DNA of 64,000 nucleotides from Treponemataceae bacterium (lineage in GTDB: Bacteria; Spirochaetota; Spirochaetia; Treponematales; Rectinemataceae): NCBI GenBank assembly GCA_963678065.2, contig CAXXVZ010000003.1, positions 1,024,001 to 1,088,000 on the forward strand, given 5' to 3'. The position numbers were made by a program, and so were the translations under genes. Position 1 is the first letter of the stretch; each line of letters begins with the position of its first letter. Shown piece after piece: positions 49,492-57,152 of this stretch. The notes below the pieces were generated by a model. That model was not told the DNA's origin, did not search any database, and saw only the letters and a program-made list of their open reading frames with translations.

Positions 49492-50187
49492 TCACGCTGT
49501 CGCGCCTGAGACGACATCGGCTCCGTACAGGAGCTTTTCGGCATCCTCGAAGCTGTACATGCGGATGGCGCCCGTAGGGCAGGCCTTCGCGCAGGACGGA
49601 TCTCCGTCACAGGTCGTGCACTTCGTGGAAATGTTGGTTTCCTGGTCGACCGTGGGGATACTCCAGGGGCAGGCGCGTTCGCAGGTTCCGCAGCCTATGC
49701 ACTTGTCCTCGTCGACGACACGGGCACCAGTTTTGGCGTTGGTGCCGATCGCTCCGACCGGGCAGTTGATGCCGCAGGCGGGCTTGCCGCACTGGCGGCA
49801 GGTCTCGCCGACAATGCGGAAGTTGCCGAGTTGGCCATCGGCCACCGCATACGCGGAGCTTACGCCCTTCGGCCCGAAGTTCTGGTTCCGCGTGATCTTG
49901 ACGCGGGAAATATGGGAGGAGACCTTGCCGTCGTTCCTGGCGGTGCAGGCGTACTCGCACCTGCGGCAGGCGACGCAGCGGTTGGGGTCCTGGATCATGA
50001 CGCCGTTCGGTGTCGCCCAGACCATAACCTCATTTCCGCCCTTGATCTTGACTTTCGTCGCGCCACCGAGTGTGAGTGCAATGAATGCGGCGGCTAAACC
50101 GCCTCCGGTGACCTTGAGAAAGTCGCGTCGGGACTGACTTTTCCCGAAGAAAGAGCCCACTTCCGTTGTGTTGAAGGAGTCGCTCAT
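49492..50187 (-). CDS. ydhY: 4Fe-4S polyferredoxin with Tat signal, YdhY type
   Basis: SRRDFLK twin-arginine motif; CVACRRC..AC, CRQC..P.C..CP, CIGCGTC..ACP, C..C....C...CP. Confidence 0.82.
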   Translation of the reverse strand: MSDSFNTTEVGSFFGKSQSRRDFLKVTGGGLAAAFIALTLGGATKVKIKGGNEVMVWATPNGVMIQDPNRCVACRRCEYACTARNDGKVSSHISRVKITRNQNFGPKGVSSAYAVADGQLGNFRIVGETCRQCGKPACGINCPVGAIGTNAKTGARVVDEDKCIGCGTCERACPWSIPTVDQETNISTKCTTCDGDPSCAKACPTGAIRMYSFEDAEKLLYGADVVSGATA

Positions 50188-50247
50188 CTCTCCTGCCTCC
50201 AAATGATCCGCGTCGCGAGAACGCGGTATGGGGTGAGAAAACGATCG

Positions 50248-50379
50248 TCTCCTTTCCAATGCCGGAAAGGCGGGAGGCATGCCGGTTTCCCTGCATACCT
50301 TTCAGAAGGGGGACGACGCCCCCTCCTTAAGACCGCACTCCATGGCCCCGGAGGCCTGCAGGATGATGCGGTTCGGAGA
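50248..50379 (-). ncRNA. Moco (molybdenum/tungsten cofactor) RNA motif, putative riboswitch
   Basis: - strand TCTCCGA...AGGTATGCAGGGAAACCGGCATGCCTCCCG...TGGAAAGGAGA shows the hallmarks of the moaA/Moco motif (GAAA-capped stem, GCCUCCCG, GGAAAGG, closing P1); lies upstream of an AOR operon. Confidence 0.8.
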
Positions 50380-50423
50380 ACGATGCTCGAACCAATATCT
50401 GCACATCGGCTCAAGCTGTATTT

Positions 50424-50452
50424 TTTTTACCATACCTGAAGAGTATCGTCAA
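50424..50452 (-). promoter_or_regulatory. sigma70 promoter of the ydh operon
   Basis: TTGACG-17-(TGG)TAAAAA with an AT-rich upstream element. Confidence 0.6.
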
Positions 50453-50555
50453 GTTATTTTATATATATTATTATAGATACAGATTTCTATATTCTTACCA
50501 AACCAGTCCCATATGTCACCCGAGGGCTTGAGTATCGGCGAAGAGCCCGTTCAGC

Positions 50556-51314
50556 TCAGCCGGGGCTCTTCCCGGCGATGAAGGACGCGAGTTCCTCGCG
50601 GGTGTTGATGTTGTAGAACAGCTTCCAGTCGGGCGTGTATCCCCTCGCCTCTTCTTCCGGAATGCGCAGGTGGCTCACCCTGGCGAGGAGGTTGCCGATG
50701 GAGGGCGCGCCGCTCCCGGCCCGGCGCCCGCGGCGCCCCCGACTCTCGAGGCTTCCGGAGTTCTCTGGCGGCGGAATCGCTGCGCTCCTCTCGCCTCGTC
50801 CTTCGGATTCCGGATCTCGCACCGGGTACGCCGCGCACAGCGCCTCGATCTCGGAAAGAAGGGAGGTAGAATAGAAGGCGTGGAAAGGCTCGAAGTGGTC
50901 CCGGTAAGCCGCCACGCAGGCCCGCGCCTCTTTCGTCTCCATGATCCGCCTCATACAGTCTTTCATGAAGAGAGAATCGAAACCCGGCATGTCGCAGGCG
51001 GTGAGGAAGACCCATTCGGCCGATGAGGCCCGGAGCGCAGCATGGAGCCCGGAGAGAGGACCGAAACCGGGGAGAAAATCGGTGACTATCCTGATCCCCG
51101 GATACGCGTAGAGTTCCGGGCGATAGGTCACGACGATTATCTCCTCGAAATGCGCGCAAAGGGCCCGTATCTGCCTTTCCGCGAGCCTCTCGCCACCCAG
51201 GCTGATCGTCTGCTTGTCGAGACCCAGCATGCGCTCCGAGCGTCCGCCTGCGAGGATCGCAGCGGTCCCGAAGAGCCTCTTTCCGACTCCGGCCTCCCCT
51301 TCCCTTCCCCTCAT
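50556..51314 (-). CDS. mobA: Molybdenum cofactor guanylyltransferase
   Basis: ILAGGRSERM..DK, GPLSGLHAAL, ACDMP, EPFHAFY, NINT; ATGA overlap with fdhA. Confidence 0.88.
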   Translation of the reverse strand: MRGREGEAGVGKRLFGTAAILAGGRSERMLGLDKQTISLGGERLAERQIRALCAHFEEIIVVTYRPELYAYPGIRIVTDFLPGFGPLSGLHAALRASSAEWVFLTACDMPGFDSLFMKDCMRRIMETKEARACVAAYRDHFEPFHAFYSTSLLSEIEALCAAYPVRDPESEGRGERSAAIPPPENSGSLESRGRRGRRAGSGAPSIGNLLARVSHLRIPEEEARGYTPDWKLFYNINTREELASFIAGKSPG

Positions 51315-54136
51315 GAACTGGAATCTGCCTTCCCAATGCGGACGGCGCAGGCTTTGAGTTCGGGAATTTTTGCCATCGGGTCGAGGGCGAGTCCGTTGGT
51401 GAGAAGGTTGGCGGCCGCCTGTGCGTAGTGGAAAGGCATGAAGGCCACTCCGCGCTTCACTGAGGCCCGGGTTCTGACGATCGTCTCGAGGCTGCCCCTG
51501 CGCGAAGCGATGGTTGCCCTGTCCCCGCCGGCCAGTCCGTAGAGGGCGGCCGTCTCGGGGTGAATTTCGACGTAGTGCTCCCCGGCAATGCGCGTGAGTC
51601 CGTCGATCCTGCCCGTCATGGTCCGCGTGTGGTACTGGTAGAGATTGCGGCCCGTCGTGAAGACGACAGGGTACTCGTCGTCCTCGCTCTCGCGGGGAGG
51701 ATGCCATGCGGCGTGGACAAAGAGCCCCTTCCCCCTCGTCATCCTGTCGACGTGGAGGATGGGCGTACCGGGATGGGAGGCATCGGGACAAGGCCACTGA
51801 ATGCCATCCCCCTCGAGGCGCGCATACGAGATGCCACGGTACTGGGGCACGAGGGCGGCCATCTCATCGAAAACAGCGCCGGCATCTGTAGATACGACAG
51901 TATCGAAAGATGCCGAGGCATCTACAGATACAACAGCATCGAAAGATGCCGAGGCATCCGCAGACTTCCCGGCCTCTGTCTGCGAGAAGCCGAGCCGTCC
52001 GAGGATCGTTGCGAGGATATCGAGATCTTCCTTGGCCTCCCCTGGCGCGCCGAGCGCCTTCCGGACCCTCTGGACACGCCGCTCGGTGTTGGTGAAGGTG
52101 CCGTCCTTCTCCGCGAAGCAGGCGGCAGGAAGGACGATATCCGCGAGAGCCGATGTCTCGGTGGGAAAAATGTCCTGGACGACCAGAAAACCGACCTTCC
52201 CGAGGGCATGGAGGACGTGATTCGAATCAGGTTCCGAGAGGACAGGATTCTCTCCCATTATATGGAGGAAACCGATGCCTCCCTCGGCCGCACGGTCGAG
52301 AATTTCCGTGGAGGTGAGCCCGCGCTCGGAGGAGAGGGGGACGCCCCAGGCTTCCGAAAAGGCCGCGAGGGCTGCGGGATCGCTGGTCTTGCGGTAACCC
52401 GGCAGATCCCCGGGCAGGCAGCCCATGTCGCAGGCGCCCTGGACATTGTTCTGCCCCCGCAGGGGATTGATGCCGCAGCCCGGCCTCCCCAGTTTTCCAC
52501 AGGCAAGCGCGAGGTTGGACAGGCACATGACACCGTCGGTCCCGCTCGAGTGCTGGGTGACGCCCATCGCATAGAATATTCCCGCGCGCTCCGCCTTCGC
52601 GTAGAGGCGGGCCGCCCGCCTGATATCCTCAGCCGCCACGCCACAGACTTCGGCGCCTCGCTCCGGGGACCAGTCCGCGAGCGCCTTCGCCCAGGAATCG
52701 AAGTCCTCTGTCCTCGTTTCGACAAACTCCTTGTTCCAGAGTTCCTCGTCGACGATGACCGCGGCCATGGCGTTGTAGAGGGCGACATTCGTGCCCGGCT
52801 TCAGCTCGAGGTGGATGGAGGCGAGGCCGGCGAGTTCCGTCCTGCGGGGATCGGCCACGATGAGGGTGGCGCCCCGTTTGACCGCCCTCTTGATCCTGGA
52901 CCCGATGACCGGATGAGTCTCCGTCGTGTTCGATCCGGTGACGAAAATGACATCCTGTAAGTCGATGCCTTCTATCGGATCGGTCATCGCCCCCGATCCC
53001 AGGGTCGTGGCGAGGCCCGTCACTGTCGAGGCGTGGCAGAGCCGCGCGCAGTGATCGATGTTATTCGTGTGGCCGGCGAGACGGTACAGCTTCTGGAAAA
53101 GGTAGTTCTCCTCGTTGGTGCAGCGCGCGGAGGAAAGCCCGGCTATCGCATGCGGCCCCCGGGGGACCGCTCCCTCCCCTTCACCCTCAGCCGCTTTCGA
53201 TCCAGGCCCCTTTCCGTCGCGCGTCCGGAGAAAGGCATCGACGACGCGCCCGAGGGCTTCGTCCCAGGAAGCCTCGACGAGGACACCGTCGCGCCGCACG
53301 AGCGGCTTCGTGAGCCTCTCCGGGTGGTTCACAAAACTGTAGGCGAAGCGCCCTTTCACGCAGAGAAGCCCCTTGTTCGCGGGCCCGTCCGCAGGATCGA
53401 CACCGACTACCCTGCCGCCAGAAGTCAGAAGCTCGATGGAGCAGCCGACTCCACAGTAGGGACAGATTGTCCTCGTCCGTTTGACATACGAGTAGCCCGG
53501 AAAATGCCGTTCGCGGGGCATGAGGGCCCCGACCGGGCAGGCGGCTACGCAGTTCCCGCAGGACACGCAGCTCGAGGCGCCGAAGGAGAAGCCCCAATCC
53601 GGCGCGACGCGCGCCGACCTGCCCCTCCCCGCGAAGCCGATGACACCGGAGCACTGGAGGCTTTCGCATGTCCTCACGCATTTGCCGCAGAGGATGCATT
53701 TATCCGGATCGAAATTGAAAAACGGATGGCTGACATCAGGCTTGCGGAACTTTTTTTCGAGCCCGGTCTCGACTTTCACGACCCCATGGATGTGGCAGTA
53801 CTCGTGGAGGGCGCAGGCTCCCGATTTTTTGCAGTTGAAGCAGTCCGAAGGGTGCTCGGCGAGGATCATCTCGAGGACGGCTTTCCGCATCGCGACAGCC
53901 CCGGGAGAATCAGTGCGCACGACCATGCCTTCGGCCACCGGCGTGGCGCAGGCGGGCATGAAGCCCGTCTTCGAGCCCTCGACCTCCACCATGCACACGC
54001 GGCAGCCGCCGTGGGCCTCGAGGCCGGGGATGTGACAGAGAGTGGGAATCTCGATTCCAAGGCCGCGGGCCGCCTCGAGTATCGTCGCCGATCCTGGAAC
54101 GCAGGCCGCCCTGCCGTCGATCCTGAGTGTCGTCAT
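51311..54136 (-). CDS. fdhA: Formate dehydrogenase alpha subunit (cytoplasmic, N-terminal 2Fe-2S/4Fe-4S domains; Cys ligand)
   Basis: IPTLC..GGCRVC, H..DC..C.....C, two ferredoxin motifs, CPYCGVGC, LCVKG, DHCARLCH, LRGQNNVQG. Confidence 0.92.
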   Translation of the reverse strand: MTTLRIDGRAACVPGSATILEAARGLGIEIPTLCHIPGLEAHGGCRVCMVEVEGSKTGFMPACATPVAEGMVVRTDSPGAVAMRKAVLEMILAEHPSDCFNCKKSGACALHEYCHIHGVVKVETGLEKKFRKPDVSHPFFNFDPDKCILCGKCVRTCESLQCSGVIGFAGRGRSARVAPDWGFSFGASSCVSCGNCVAACPVGALMPRERHFPGYSYVKRTRTICPYCGVGCSIELLTSGGRVVGVDPADGPANKGLLCVKGRFAYSFVNHPERLTKPLVRRDGVLVEASWDEALGRVVDAFLRTRDGKGPGSKAAEGEGEGAVPRGPHAIAGLSSARCTNEENYLFQKLYRLAGHTNNIDHCARLCHASTVTGLATTLGSGAMTDPIEGIDLQDVIFVTGSNTTETHPVIGSRIKRAVKRGATLIVADPRRTELAGLASIHLELKPGTNVALYNAMAAVIVDEELWNKEFVETRTEDFDSWAKALADWSPERGAEVCGVAAEDIRRAARLYAKAERAGIFYAMGVTQHSSGTDGVMCLSNLALACGKLGRPGCGINPLRGQNNVQGACDMGCLPGDLPGYRKTSDPAALAAFSEAWGVPLSSERGLTSTEILDRAAEGGIGFLHIMGENPVLSEPDSNHVLHALGKVGFLVVQDIFPTETSALADIVLPAACFAEKDGTFTNTERRVQRVRKALGAPGEAKEDLDILATILGRLGFSQTEAGKSADASASFDAVVSVDASASFDTVVSTDAGAVFDEMAALVPQYRGISYARLEGDGIQWPCPDASHPGTPILHVDRMTRGKGLFVHAAWHPPRESEDDEYPVVFTTGRNLYQYHTRTMTGRIDGLTRIAGEHYVEIHPETAALYGLAGGDRATIASRRGSLETIVRTRASVKRGVAFMPFHYAQAAANLLTNGLALDPMAKIPELKACAVRIGKADSSS
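51881..51964. repeat. Imperfect 36-bp tandem repeat (~2.3 copies) inside fdhA
   Basis: GGCATCTGTAGATACGACAGTATCGAAAGATGCCGA / GGCATCTACAGATACAACAGCATCGAAAGATGCCGA / GGCATCCGCAGA. Confidence 0.9.
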
Positions 54137-54319
54137 GAGACCGGATTATGCACTCGCGAGGGGGCATGCGCAACTCGTCCGGACAACGCTTGAGTGCCGG
54201 ATTGCCGCGGTGCCACACTGTCGCGCGGCGGGGCCGGCCATCCCGCGTTGCCTCAACCAGAAATCAAACCGAAGGACGCCATCTTGCTCCGCGATGGGGC
54301 TCTGTGTAGACTCCGGTCC

Positions 54320-55183
54320 GTGATCGATACCTGGCTGACAGGACAGGACTGGACCGAGCCTCCCGAATGTATGGCTTTCCAGACATCCTACAGGAACGTT
54401 CTCGGCGAAATCGGCGTCCTCATCGGAAGCCTGCTCTCAGCCGTTCCGGGCGAGCCCAACCGTCACACGGAAGAGCGCGCGGCCGAACTCTACGTCCGCA
54501 TCCCGGCCATCGTCAACGTCATGCTCAACTACAAAATCTGCATCGAGCATGCCCTCCCTCTCCACCCGACCGTCTACTACGAGCTCAAGGAAGCGCGGCG
54601 CTACCGCATGGACCACTCCCTCGCGGACATCGAGGGTGCGAACCGTCTGTTCCGGGAATCCATAAACCTCGCGCGTTCGGCCATCCGGCTCGATCCGGGA
54701 TGGCAGTCCAAGGCTGACTTCTTCCTGTCGAAGCTGAAGGCGGAACTCTCGGGTTTCGTGTATTCAGGCATCAAGGATAATTATACATGGCGGGGCTCGG
54801 ATCCGGACAAACTGCACAGTCTGGCCGACAAGGTATCCGCAGACTTCGCGCCCGACCTCGTCATCGCCGCGGCCCACGGCTCCATCATGCCGGCCCTTCT
54901 CTTCTCGGAAATCCTTCAAAAAGATCTCTATTTCATCCGCTTCTCGATGTTCAAACGGAGGGACGAGGAACCCATCGTATCTTTTTCAGACGAGGCCTGG
55001 CTCCTCGGCTACGCGGACAAACGCGTCCTTTTGTTCGACGAGGATGTCGCGGGCGGCACGACCCTGAGCAAATTTTCGGACCGGCTCTCTCCGCTTTTTG
55101 CCGAAGTCAGGACAGGCTGCGTCATACGCCACGCGGGGGCGGAGTTCAGGCCCGACTACACCGCGAAGGTATGGTGGGACTGA
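54320..55183 (+). CDS. Type I phosphoribosyltransferase-domain protein with unknown N-terminal domain
   Basis: PDLVIAAAHGS and RVLLFDEDVAGGTTL PRPP-loop-like motif, RPDY tail; GTG start 7 nt after a -10 box. Confidence 0.65.
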   Translation: MIDTWLTGQDWTEPPECMAFQTSYRNVLGEIGVLIGSLLSAVPGEPNRHTEERAAELYVRIPAIVNVMLNYKICIEHALPLHPTVYYELKEARRYRMDHSLADIEGANRLFRESINLARSAIRLDPGWQSKADFFLSKLKAELSGFVYSGIKDNYTWRGSDPDKLHSLADKVSADFAPDLVIAAAHGSIMPALLFSEILQKDLYFIRFSMFKRRDEEPIVSFSDEAWLLGYADKRVLLFDEDVAGGTTLSKFSDRLSPLFAEVRTGCVIRHAGAEFRPDYTAKVWWD

Positions 55184-55273
55184 TGCCCCGCGGGGGCTTT
55201 TCCGGAGCAGACATCCGTATGCGGGAAGAAAAAAGGTATTGCATATTTTTTCTTCCGAATGTATATTTATACC

Positions 55274-55346
55274 GGAGCTTGTCAGGGCTCCACACTGTGC
55301 GCAGGCTCCGGGGTTTTCCCTCCTTTTTTCCCCGGAGCTTTTTTTT
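55274..55346 (+). ncRNA. Candidate small RNA (or attenuator) upstream of rex
   Basis: Promoter TTGCAT(55239)-17-TATATT(55262); 5' hairpin GGAGC/GCTCC; terminator GGCTCCGGGG/CCCCGGAGCT plus T7; no ORF. Confidence 0.5.
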
Positions 55347-55395
55347 ACCCCACTTACCAGTAAAAACTGCTGGCCACTCCGGAAAAATCTTTTTC

Positions 55396-55423
55396 TTGAC
55401 TTTTTTATCGAATAGGATATAGT
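55396..55423 (+). promoter_or_regulatory. rex promoter
   Basis: TTGACT-16-TATAGT, GGAG RBS before ATG 55444. Confidence 0.6.
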
Positions 55424-55443
55424 TTTTTCCCTATGGAGCAGCC

Positions 55444-56097
55444 ATGACAAACAAAACCAAAGTTTCATACGCGCCTTCAGTCCGCCGTCTGCCCTCGTAT
55501 CTCCACATCATCCGCCATGCCGAGCGCAACGGCGACGCCTACATCTCCGGTACAGTCATAGCACAGGAACTCAACCTCGAGCCCATCCAGGTACGAAAGG
55601 ACCTTTCTATAACCGGCATCGCGGGAAAACCCAAGAAGGGCTATCCTGTCGAGCCTCTCATCGCGGCGATCGAGCGCTATCTCGGCTGGGATACCAACCA
55701 CAACGCCATCCTCGTCGGAGCCGGCAACCTCGGTTCCGCCCTGGTAGGCTATCAAGAATTCAAGCTCCACGGGCTCAATATCATGGCTGCCTTCGACACT
55801 GATCCCTCCAAGGTCGGCACGACGATTCACGGCATCGAAGTGGAAAACATGGAGAGACTCGAGTTCCGTCTCAAGGAAATTCCGATCGACATCGCCATAC
55901 TCACGGTTCCGTCTCCCTTCGCCCAGGCTACGGCCGACGCCCTCGTGAAGGCAGGCATAACCGCGATCTGGAACTTCACGAATGTCAAGCTGAAAGTCCC
56001 CTTCAATGTCATCGTTCAGAGGGAAGACCTCTCCTCGGGCTACGCCATTCTCTCCGTCATGATGCGCAGGCCGGCGGCGGCCCCCTCGGGCCCATGA
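55444..56097 (+). CDS. rex: Redox-sensing transcriptional repressor
   Basis: RRLPSY, QVRKDLS, G....GY, VGAGNLG, AFD, IWNF. Confidence 0.93.
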   Translation: MTNKTKVSYAPSVRRLPSYLHIIRHAERNGDAYISGTVIAQELNLEPIQVRKDLSITGIAGKPKKGYPVEPLIAAIERYLGWDTNHNAILVGAGNLGSALVGYQEFKLHGLNIMAAFDTDPSKVGTTIHGIEVENMERLEFRLKEIPIDIAILTVPSPFAQATADALVKAGITAIWNFTNVKLKVPFNVIVQREDLSSGYAILSVMMRRPAAAPSGP

Positions 56098-57059
56098 CGG
56101 ACAAAGACCTCCGACAAGCGGAATATTTCCGCAACAGGCTTGCGAAAAACGAACATGCTCTCAGGAAATGGATACGGCGGGAGTCCATAGAGGCTCTCCG
56201 TCTCTACGATAAAGACATCCCGGAAATTCCTGTCGCCCTGGATCGTTACGGGACGGGAGCCGACGCGGCCCTCGTCCTCTATCTCTACAAGCGCCCCTAC
56301 GAAAAGCCCGAAGAGGAAGAGGCGGCGTGGCTCGACCTCATGGCCTCCACGGCCGCCGGACTCCTCGGAGTCAGTGAATCCCGTGTTTTCGTGAAGACCA
56401 GGGAAAAACAGCGTGGACTGTCCCAGTACGGGAAAATGGACTCGGATTCGACCGAGCTGGTCGTGCGCGAGGCGGGGCTCTCTTTCATCGTCAACCTCTC
56501 GGACTACCTCGACACAGGACTCTTTCTCGACCACAGGCCGACGCGCGCCATGGTCGGTGCTCTTTCCGCAGGGAAACGTGTCCTCAACCTGTTCTCGTAC
56601 ACGGGATCGTTTTCGGTCCACGCGGCGGCGGGGGGAGCGGCGGAAACCTGGAGCGTGGACCTCTCCAACACCTATCTCGCCTGGGCTGGCAGGAATCTCG
56701 CCCTGAACGGCCTTCGTTCCGAAACCTGTCCCCTCATCAAGTCCGACGTTTCGACCTTCCTCGACGAGGCTGGCGCGGCGGGCCGGACCTGGGACCTCAT
56801 CGTCGCCGACCCTCCGACCTACTCCAACTCCAAGAGCACGGACGCGGACCTGAACATCAACAGGGACTGGCCCTGGCTTGTATCCGCATGCCTGACAGTC
56901 CTCGAGCCGGGCGGAAGCCTCTTCTTCTCTTCCAACTCGCGCAAACTCGTCTGGGACGCGGACCTCGTCGGGGGAGGCTGCGAGGACATCAGCGCGAGCA
57001 CCATTCCGCCCGACTTCCGGAACGTGAAAATACACCGGACATGGCGTATTTTTAAGTAA
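56094..57059 (+). CDS. Stand-alone RlmK-like 23S rRNA methyltransferase (C-terminal half of RlmKL)
   Basis: FRNRLAKN, RLYDKDIPE, DYLDTGLFLDHR, LNLFSYTG, DPPTYSNSK, PPDF. Confidence 0.82.
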   Translation: MTDKDLRQAEYFRNRLAKNEHALRKWIRRESIEALRLYDKDIPEIPVALDRYGTGADAALVLYLYKRPYEKPEEEEAAWLDLMASTAAGLLGVSESRVFVKTREKQRGLSQYGKMDSDSTELVVREAGLSFIVNLSDYLDTGLFLDHRPTRAMVGALSAGKRVLNLFSYTGSFSVHAAAGGAAETWSVDLSNTYLAWAGRNLALNGLRSETCPLIKSDVSTFLDEAGAAGRTWDLIVADPPTYSNSKSTDADLNINRDWPWLVSACLTVLEPGGSLFFSSNSRKLVWDADLVGGGCEDISASTIPPDFRNVKIHRTWRIFK

Positions 57060-57152
57060 AAAATCTGTTATCTGTGTTTTTCCCACAATCGCCACTTGCG
57101 TCGCCGCCGGGCTTGTCGTACATTAATAATCACTTATATCATTGGAGAAACA

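Noticed and set aside
47297..50137. 946-aa + strand ORF
   Set aside because: Antisense shadow of ydhV/ydhY caused by strong codon bias; no motifs
50453..50480. Possible ModE box in the AT-rich tract upstream of the ydh promoter
   Set aside because: Lacks the CG-TATATA...TATATA-CG symmetry; better explained as an UP-like element
53030..53056. Selenocysteine/SECIS in fdhA
   Set aside because: The active-site codon is TGC (Cys) and the ORF is uninterrupted
55350..55443. Rex autoregulatory operator
   Set aside because: No TTGTGAA-N4-TTCACAA-like palindrome found by eye
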